Shown here: positions 38,185 through 45,325 of the stretch, one piece after another
Numbering within the stretch: the stretch's first letter is position 1
Layout of the letters: each line of letters opens with the position of its first letter
Assembly (NCBI GenBank): GCA_018829445.1
Contig: JAHJTV010000066.1
Location: 79,649-143,648, forward strand
Length of the DNA: 64,000 nt
Direction of reading: 5' to 3'
Origin: a bacterium
GTDB lineage: Bacteria > SAR324 > XYD2-FULL-50-16
Made by a program: the position numbers and the translations under genes
Notes under the pieces: model-generated
Database searches by the model: none
What the model was told of the DNA's origin: nothing
What the model saw: the letters and a program-made list of their open reading frames with translations, nothing else

Positions 38185-39300
38185 TCAAATCTGGGCCAAA
38201 TTTTTGTCAGTCACCGGAATCATAAACGTAAAATCACTGCCTTTCTCTTTCTCGCTATTTACCCAGATTTTCCCGCCGTTTTTTTCAATGAAATCCTTGC
38301 ACATGATCAGACCCAGACCGGTTCCCTTTTCATTATGAACACCGTCAGTTGTGTGATGGAGATCCAACCTGAACAGTTTTTTTGTATCAACCTCATCAAT
38401 GCCTACTCCGGTATCGGAAACCGTTACTTCTTGATGTTCTTGATGTTCTTTTGAGGTGATCCGGACACTCCCTCCTTCCGGGGTGAATTTTAGGGCATTA
38501 GATAGTAAATTACGGATGACGGTGGAGATCATGTTTGGATCGCCAAAGGCAATGGTTCCGGTTTTAATCTCCGATTGTAATTCAATCTTCAGGTTGTCTG
38601 CATTATGTTTCAGCAGAAGAATATTTTGTTGTGCAATACATCCCAGGTCGATTTTCATCGGATTAAATTCTATTTTATTGGTCTGGATTCTACTCCATTC
38701 CAGCAGGTTTTCCACCAGTTGATAGAGATGTTCAGATGTTTCCAGAATACTGCCTACAAGTTTTTTTCGTTTTTCGTCAGAATATAAGTTATATTTGTCC
38801 AAAAGCAGCTTGGGATAAGATAACAGGGCATGAAATGGCCCTCTTAAGTCATGTGCAATAATGGAGAGAAATTTATCCTTGGTGGCATTGGCCAGTTTAA
38901 GTTCCTCTTGCACATCCTTCAGTTTCAAGTGACTTCTTACCCTGGCCAACAGTTCAAGACCGTCAAAGGGTTTGCAGATATAATCAACGGCTCCGACGGT
39001 AAATCCTCTCAGAGTGCTTTCATTTTCGTTCCTGGAGGTTAAAAAAATTATTGGAATCTCACAGGTTTCAGGGTAGTTTTGCAGAGCTTGGCAGACTTCA
39101 TAACCGTCCATTCCCGGCATCATGATGTCCAGCAGGATCAAATCGGGTTTCAGCAACTTGGCTCGTTCAATTGCAGTCGGTCCGTCTTTGGCAAATGACA
39201 TACTGTGATTATCTTTTTCCAGTAGACTGGCAACAACTTGGATATTCTTGGCATTGTCATCCACAATCAGAATATTGTGTTTTTTGCTCCTTTCCATCAT
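38185..39300 (-). CDS. response regulator - histidine kinase fusion (REC-HisKA-HATPase_c)
   Basis: 371 aa. REC (NILIVDDNAKN...LILLDIMMPGMDG), H-box IAHDLRGPFHAL, G-boxes DTGVGI and GTGLGLIM. Confidence 0.9.
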   Translation of the reverse strand: MMERSKKHNILIVDDNAKNIQVVASLLEKDNHSMSFAKDGPTAIERAKLLKPDLILLDIMMPGMDGYEVCQALQNYPETCEIPIIFLTSRNENESTLRGFTVGAVDYICKPFDGLELLARVRSHLKLKDVQEELKLANATKDKFLSIIAHDLRGPFHALLSYPKLLLDKYNLYSDEKRKKLVGSILETSEHLYQLVENLLEWSRIQTNKIEFNPMKIDLGCIAQQNILLLKHNADNLKIELQSEIKTGTIAFGDPNMISTVIRNLLSNALKFTPEGGSVRITSKEHQEHQEVTVSDTGVGIDEVDTKKLFRLDLHHTTDGVHNEKGTGLGLIMCKDFIEKNGGKIWVNSEKEKGSDFTFMIPVTDKNLAQI

Positions 39301-39480
39301 CCTTCCCCTGAATAGTAATCAATTATGATTGTCTTTGTTCTTTTTACCGATTCGTTTGTTTTTTCCAGGGTTGGTTATTCAATTCTCTCCTTATGATTTT
39401 TTATCCCTTTTGGTGGAACCTGTTGAATACTCTTCGTTATCTTTAAAACTTGAGAGTATGGGTTTCTCTGTAATGCCGTA

Positions 39481-39563
39481 TCCCCAGTCAAGCTGAGGAC
39501 ATGCCCGATCCGGCATCCCGTGTTTTGAAATAATGATGGATTCCATGTCAAGCATGGAAGGAC
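39481..39563. repeat. cluster of short GC-rich palindromic (REP-like) units
   Basis: TCCCCAGTCAAGCTGAGGACATGCCCGATCCGGCATC (39481..39517) is related to 15434..15466. GGATTCCATG-TCAAG-CATGGAAGGAC (39538..39563) is a 7-bp-stem palindrome. Confidence 0.75.
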
Positions 39564-39640
39564 AACAACCCCGCTTTGGATGTTTTGTATATATTTATCC
39601 GGAATTATCAGCCAGGTACCAACTACTCTGAATCAATTTT

Positions 39641-40162
39641 TCAGCTCGCCATCTCTACCGGAACCTGTTGTCCGGCTTGCTGGACAATTTCAAGTTCGTC
39701 CATGGAGAAGATTTTTTCAATATCCAGGATGATAATAAATTGATCATCCTTTTTGCCCATTCCCTTTATATAATCTGTATTCAGCTGAGTACCAATACTG
39801 GGTGGAGGTTCTATATGCTCGGAATCAAGATTCATGACCTCACTCACTGAATCGACCATGGCACCAATCATGGTGACTTCATTATCTATTTCGATCTCGG
39901 TAATAATGGTGACTGTATTGACCGTCTTTTCGACTTCACCCATACCAAACTTTACACGCATATCAATCACCGGTACCACACTGCCACGAAGGTTTATCAC
40001 CCCTTTTAATATATCCGGGGTTTGCGGTATCTTGGTTATGGTGCCGTATTCCAATACTTCACGGACTTTTGAGATGTCAAAGGCAAATACCTCACCGTCC
40101 AGTCTGAAAGTTAGAAACTGCATAGTTTCAAGTGCCACTTTTTCTTCCATTTTATATCCCAT
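39641..40162 (-). CDS. cheW: CheW-like coupling protein
   Basis: 173 aa. FLTFRLDGEVFAFDISKVREV...GVINLRGSVVPVIDMR is canonical CheW. Alternative start at 40150. Confidence 0.85.
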   Translation of the reverse strand: MGYKMEEKVALETMQFLTFRLDGEVFAFDISKVREVLEYGTITKIPQTPDILKGVINLRGSVVPVIDMRVKFGMGEVEKTVNTVTIITEIEIDNEVTMIGAMVDSVSEVMNLDSEHIEPPPSIGTQLNTDYIKGMGKKDDQFIIILDIEKIFSMDELEIVQQAGQQVPVEMAS

Positions 40163-40246
40163 AGCAATATTAGTTTTTAAGAATTTGACAGTTGAAAGTT
40201 CTCTTCTACTTTACTGAAGTTATAAATTATATTGAACAGAGATTGT

Positions 40247-40326
40247 GTCATTCCGGCCTTGAGCCGGAACCAATAATGATTACAGTATCATAGAATCCAT
40301 GGATGCCGGGTCAAGCCCGGCATGAC
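40247..40326. repeat. cluster of short GC-rich palindromic (REP-like) units
   Basis: GTCATTCCGGC-CTTGA-GCCGGAAC (40247..40270) and GGATGCCGGG-TCAA-GCCCGGCATGAC (40301..40326). Same family as 15705..15731. Confidence 0.75.
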
Positions 40327-40502
40327 AACGAGAACTTTAGACTTACACGTTAAGAATAAATCAGGCGGTTAATACTGCAAAGACTCAAGTCTCTTTAACA
40401 TACCATTTAAAAATATATCCGTTTTACAGGTTAACCCCCTTGTTGATATTGAATTCAATAGTGCAACATTAATTCTAAATCTCCATGGAAAAGGACCAGT
40501 TC

Positions 40503-42554
40503 TCAATATCGTTCAAAAGCACTATCGTCCGCTATATCATCTCTCAAATCCAGGGCGACTCCCGGCAATTTCCTGACAGCCTCCATATGGTTGTTTTTTA
40601 TAACAGGCTGTTGAGTTTTCTGTGGAATCTTTGGTTTTGGTGTTTCGTGAGAGAATTGCTGAGCAGCATGAACCTTGACAGCATGATGCATGCTGGCCGG
40701 TTTTCTAGCAGACAATGATCTGCTCTGTCCGTTTAATTTAAAGAAACCGATAGTATCCTGAAGTTGTTGAGCCTGGGAGGACAATTCTTCCGAGGTGGAG
40801 GCCATCTCTTCGGTGGCGGCAGCATTTTGCTGGATAACCTGATCAAGCTGAAGAAGAGCTTTGTTAATCTGTTCCGCTCCGGAGTTTTGTTCGTTGCTGG
40901 AAGCACTAATCTCCTGCACCAGTTCGGATGTTTTCTGGATATCCGGTACCAGTTTATTTAACATATCGCCTGCTTTTTCTGCCACATCAACACTGGAAGC
41001 GGAGAGTTCCGAGATTTCTCCGGCAGCATTCTGGCTTCGCTCAGCCAGTTTGCGTACTTCAGCCGCCACCACTGCAAACCCCTTGCCGTGCTCTCCGGCG
41101 CGGGCTGCTTCAATGGCCGCATTTAACGCCAGGAGATTTGTCTGACGGGCGATCTCCTCAATGATGGAGATCTTACTGGCGATCTCTTTCATGGCGATCA
41201 CCGATTTGGATACTGCCTGCCCGCTTACTTCGGCATCTTTGGACGCTTTCTGAGAGATTTGCTCGGTTTGATTGGAATTATCGGCATTCTGTTGAATATT
41301 GGAACTCATCTGTTCCATGGACGCAGTAGTTTCTTCAACAGAAGCTGCCTGTTCAGTAGCCCCCTGAGAAAGCTGCTGAGCCGTTGAACTGAGCTGTTCA
41401 CTGCCGGAAGCTACGTTGCCTGCAGCGGACAGTACCTCCCCGACAACCTCTTTTAATTTGTCAACAGTGTTTTTGATCTCCTTATAGACACCCCTGATAT
41501 TGGTTTCATCAAATTGGATATCCAAATCTCCCTGTCCGAGCTTCTGAGCCACTTTGCTGATTTCCTGCGGATCTTTGCCCAGTTGTGCCAGTACTCCCCT
41601 GATGATGAACAACGCCAGAACAAAACCGATAATGATGGCAATCGCTGCCAGAACTGTGACCATCAAAATCCCCTGATCATTGTCTGCCTGAACCTTGGGG
41701 CCCAGAATATCCTGTTCCTGCTTGACTGAAAGCTTGGTATCTTCCACCGCTTTGGCGATCTCTGGCCCTAGTCTGTCCAGGGTACCTGAAGTTATCTGGT
41801 TGCGATCAAAAATTACTTTAACCAGCTTGGTAAAGTTTTCCGTGTAAATATTCTTTGCTTCGACAACCTCTGACAACCATTTTTGACGCTGGGGATTCTG
41901 CAGTTCCTTGTCGAGTATATCCAGGTTGTTCTGCATTTTACCGAACTCCACATTTACCCGATCGACATGACTTTGTTCATTTTCGTCAAGAAACTTTGCC
42001 ACGTAGATGCGCCCCAACAGCAAATGCTTCATGGAAAGGGCGGAATAAAAAGAGGCTGACATGTCATTATCTTTTTCAGCCGATTCCAGAATGGATGTCA
42101 GGGTGTTTTCCATTAGCTCCCCCTTTATATTTAGAATATCATTAACCAGCGAGTTGCGGACTTTACCGGCTTCTACAACTTTTTCAAACCCTTTTTCATA
42201 ATCCGTCAGAGCGGTGGTAGCCTGATCCACCAACCGGGCTCTTTCGGTGTTCTGGATCTCCTTATGGGCTTCTTCGAGAAATCCATCGGTTATTTTTACA
42301 TAATCATTATATTGCTCCTTATCTTGATCACTGCCAGTGATAATAAAATCCTTGACATTCATACGGACCATCAGCATGTTGGCCTGAACACTGCCCATCA
42401 AGTTCGTATCCCTGGCCAATCCCCGGTAGGTTTTAAAATTTGTTGAGGCGTTATCGATCGTAATGTACGAGATAACACTCACCAAGGCCAACAGAATTAG
42501 AATAAAGGAAAATCCAAAACCCAGCTTTTTGGCCAATGACATATCTTTAAACAT
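40503..42554 (-). CDS. methyl-accepting chemotaxis protein with large helical periplasmic sensor and aromatic C-terminal tail (..AFERY)
   Basis: The ORF track start is 42668; the ATG at 42554 follows RBS AGGAGGG ([15 protein letters not shown]...). TM1, a ~290-aa periplasmic domain, TM2, HAMP, and a canonical tip [34 protein letters not shown]. Confidence 0.9.
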   Translation of the reverse strand: MFKDMSLAKKLGFGFSFILILLALVSVISYITIDNASTNFKTYRGLARDTNLMGSVQANMLMVRMNVKDFIITGSDQDKEQYNDYVKITDGFLEEAHKEIQNTERARLVDQATTALTDYEKGFEKVVEAGKVRNSLVNDILNIKGELMENTLTSILESAEKDNDMSASFYSALSMKHLLLGRIYVAKFLDENEQSHVDRVNVEFGKMQNNLDILDKELQNPQRQKWLSEVVEAKNIYTENFTKLVKVIFDRNQITSGTLDRLGPEIAKAVEDTKLSVKQEQDILGPKVQADNDQGILMVTVLAAIAIIIGFVLALFIIRGVLAQLGKDPQEISKVAQKLGQGDLDIQFDETNIRGVYKEIKNTVDKLKEVVGEVLSAAGNVASGSEQLSSTAQQLSQGATEQAASVEETTASMEQMSSNIQQNADNSNQTEQISQKASKDAEVSGQAVSKSVIAMKEIASKISIIEEIARQTNLLALNAAIEAARAGEHGKGFAVVAAEVRKLAERSQNAAGEISELSASSVDVAEKAGDMLNKLVPDIQKTSELVQEISASSNEQNSGAEQINKALLQLDQVIQQNAAATEEMASTSEELSSQAQQLQDTIGFFKLNGQSRSLSARKPASMHHAVKVHAAQQFSHETPKPKIPQKTQQPVIKNNHMEAVRKLPGVALDLRDDIADDSAFERY

Positions 42555-42755
42555 TTCACCCTCCTGAAAAGGTTCAAACGGTATTAACTGATTTACAGTC
42601 ACTGTTTTTCTTAAAAAATCAGCGATCGTAACAGCTCCCTTATGGCAAGTACGATTCAATGAAAGCACATTGCCTGAAAAAATAACCTATCTCCCTGCCT
42701 ATCCTGAAATAGGTTAAAAAATGGTGTTTTATAATATTTCCAGTGAGCATTGAAT

Positions 42756-43283
42756 TTATATCTGTCTGGCTGTCTCCTTCTCATTTCTGCTGATAACAGG
42801 TTTTTTCTCCATTTTTTTACTGACATTTGAATGAACACGGCTATGGGTGTTTATAAAGTTTTCCCCGGAATATTTGGCAAAAAGAACCGTTTTTATTTTG
42901 TCAATAAACTCAACCATATCAATTGGTTTGGCGATGAAATCGGTGGCCCCGGCCTTAAGCCCTTTTGCCTTGAGCTCCGGAGTAATCAGATTTCCAGTGA
43001 AGAGCAGGATGGGAGTATCTTCCAATGATTTTACCGCCTTCAACCGTTTGCATAATTCAATACCGTTACTCCCCGGCATTTGAAAATCCAACAGAATGGC
43101 ATCCGGCTGATGAGCGTTTGCCATTTTAAATCCTTCCCCGGGATCAGTCGTTAACAACACTCGATGATATCGCAGGTTATGTTTAATTAACTGTTGAAAC
43201 ACCAACAGGTTTTCCAGAATGTCATCCACCACCAGGATTGTCGGAAAAACGGTCTGTTTTTTTTGTTTATCGGTTGTGACCAT
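42756..43283 (-). CDS. cheY: single-domain receiver protein (CheY-like) with a short basic C-terminal tail
   Basis: 175 aa. ILVVDDILEN...AILLDFQMPGSNG...FIAKP. First gene of the Che-like block. Confidence 0.8.
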   Translation of the reverse strand: MVTTDKQKKQTVFPTILVVDDILENLLVFQQLIKHNLRYHRVLLTTDPGEGFKMANAHQPDAILLDFQMPGSNGIELCKRLKAVKSLEDTPILLFTGNLITPELKAKGLKAGATDFIAKPIDMVEFIDKIKTVLFAKYSGENFINTHSRVHSNVSKKMEKKPVISRNEKETARQI

Positions 43284-43417
43284 CAGTTTGTCTCCATTGG
43301 GGATGAATAGATCCGGTTTTTCACCCGATCAACTGCAATAGCCGTCTTTTTCCGGTGTGTTTGGTTGTTTGTCGGATAGCCTGATAAGTCTTTATAGAGA
43401 TTTCTCAACTGGTCAAT

Positions 43418-43433
43418 TGCTCAAATCGTGCCC
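43418..43433 (-). promoter_or_regulatory. candidate sigma-54 (-24/-12) promoter upstream of the Che-like block
   Basis: The minus strand reads GGGCACGATTTGAGCA: GGCACG at -24 and GC at -12 with correct GG-N10-GC spacing, 135 nt upstream of the cheY-like ATG. The T residues of the TTGC element are missing (GAGC). Confidence 0.3.
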
Positions 43434-43596
43434 GAATAAACTTGTCATAAAAATCAGTTCATAAAGCGTTCAAGCAGGAGTGGAGGAAATTCAAGAGAAG
43501 AGGATCTGATTGGAAATGGGTGACATCCAATCAATTGGCGAAAAAGGTGATAAAAAATGGAAAAGTCTTAAAGGTGAACCACTTTTGATCAAAGTT

Positions 43597-45303
43597 TTAT
43601 ATCCTGTATTTCTTAAGTTTTCTATACAAAGTGGTCAAAGAAATTCCCAGTAAACCAGAAACCTTTTTTTTATCGTAAGACGCTTGTTTCAGGGCATTAA
43701 GGATAGTGTTTTTTTCATTTTTTATCAGTGAATCATTGACTTTTGGAGAGGTTGATTCCGGTTTTAATTTCTTTGGCAGATGTTCATGGGTTAAAATATG
43801 GCCCTTACTGACGGCAAAGGCATATTCGATAACATGAAAGAGTTCACGGATATTCCCTGGCCAGGAATAAGACAGTAGACGCAGGATAACCTCGGAAGAT
43901 ACATCCCTGACCTCACGGTTTTCCGAATGATTAAGCTCCTTTAAAAAATAGGAAACCAGAGCGGGGATATCCATTAACCGGTCTCGTAGCGGTGGCAGGT
44001 TGACGGAAATAACATCAAGGCGATAAAAAAGGTCTTCCCGGAATCGTTTCTGGTGGAGAAGCTCCTTCAGGTTCTGATTGGTGGCGGCAATAACCCGCAC
44101 GTCAACCTGGATGGATTTTGTGCCGCCGACCCTTTCAAATTTTTGCTCCTGCAGCACCCGCAGAAGTTTTACCTGCATTTCAAGAGATATTTCGCCAATC
44201 TCATCCAGTAATAAAGTTCCCTTATCTGCCAGCTCAAATCGGCCCACTTTCCCTTTCACAGCACCGGTAAAGGCTCCACGTTCATGACCGAATAATTCAC
44301 TTTCCAGAAGATTGACCGGGATGGTAGCACAATTAATGACGTGAAAGAGATTCTGAGAGCGACGGCTGCGATCATGAATCTCTCGTGCCACCAGTTCCTT
44401 GCCGGTTCCGGTCTCTCCTTCAATCAATACGGTGGTGTTGCTGTTTGCGATGGTGTCTATGAACTGAAAGATTTCGATCATCCTGCTGTCATTGCTAACC
44501 ATCCGGCCGAATCTCATTGCTCCCGTCTGCTCACTGATCACTCGCTCCTCTTCTCTTTTATCCCTGAAAAGCAGCAACCAACCCTCTTTTGATTCTTTTC
44601 CGTTTAAGGGTTTGATGGTCAAATAAACGGGAATAGTTGCCCCGGTTGACAAGTGAAACAGGGTCTGAATTTCTGAAATTTCTTTGGAATGCTCGGGAAG
44701 ATGCATCAGGATGCCGGACGGTCCGGCCACAAGCTTTCCCAGAATTGAAACCGCCGGTTTCCTGAGAGCTTTGTCCTCTGTCACATCCAGGATCCGGCAG
44801 GCTTTATTAGATAGCATCTCTATTCTGAGGTTGGAATCGAGGGTTATCACTCCTTCGGACATGCTGTCATAAGTTTTTTTTAAAAGAAGATTGGTTTTCT
44901 CTTTCTCCTTTTTTTCCTGTTTAAGTTTTTCTGAAAACTGTATTAAAGCCAGATTGCTCTTTACCAGACCCAGAATTTCATGAATATTCACCGGTTTTCT
45001 CATGAAGGAGTGAACCCCCAATTGATAACAGATCTGCACTTCTTTATCGGTTCCATAGCCGGTCAAAACGATAATCAGGTATCTCATATCGTCAGTGGAC
45101 TGCAACTGCTTGAGAAAATCGATCCCTCCCATTTTCGGCATCTTCAAGTCGAGAATAATGATCCGGGGTTGGAAGGAATTCATTAAACTCAATCCCTGCT
45201 CACCGTCTTCAGCCATCCTGGTTTCATACCCTTCACTGCTCAGGAGTACATGGAGCATCTGTCGGATATTTTCTTCATCATCAATAATCAGTATTTTTTC
45301 CAT
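43597..45303 (-). CDS. sigma-54-dependent response regulator (REC-PAS-AAA+-HTH, NtrC family)
   Basis: 568 aa. REC (ILIIDDEENIR...IIILDLKMPKMGG), a PAS-like segment, Walker A GETGTGKE, ESELFGHERGAFTGA, and a Fis-type HTH (VSGLLGISLTTLYRKLKKY). Confidence 0.9.
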   Translation of the reverse strand: MEKILIIDDEENIRQMLHVLLSSEGYETRMAEDGEQGLSLMNSFQPRIIILDLKMPKMGGIDFLKQLQSTDDMRYLIIVLTGYGTDKEVQICYQLGVHSFMRKPVNIHEILGLVKSNLALIQFSEKLKQEKKEKEKTNLLLKKTYDSMSEGVITLDSNLRIEMLSNKACRILDVTEDKALRKPAVSILGKLVAGPSGILMHLPEHSKEISEIQTLFHLSTGATIPVYLTIKPLNGKESKEGWLLLFRDKREEERVISEQTGAMRFGRMVSNDSRMIEIFQFIDTIANSNTTVLIEGETGTGKELVAREIHDRSRRSQNLFHVINCATIPVNLLESELFGHERGAFTGAVKGKVGRFELADKGTLLLDEIGEISLEMQVKLLRVLQEQKFERVGGTKSIQVDVRVIAATNQNLKELLHQKRFREDLFYRLDVISVNLPPLRDRLMDIPALVSYFLKELNHSENREVRDVSSEVILRLLSYSWPGNIRELFHVIEYAFAVSKGHILTHEHLPKKLKPESTSPKVNDSLIKNEKNTILNALKQASYDKKKVSGLLGISLTTLYRKLKKYRI

Positions 45304-45325
45304 CTGGAATCGATTTTAATAGTCT

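Noticed and set aside
42660-42675. Second sigma-54-like motif upstream of the 40503..42554 MCP (minus strand AGGCAATGTGCTTTCA)
   Set aside because: The spacing is right, but -24 is AGGCAA and -12 reads TTTC (no GC). Too degenerate to report as a feature.
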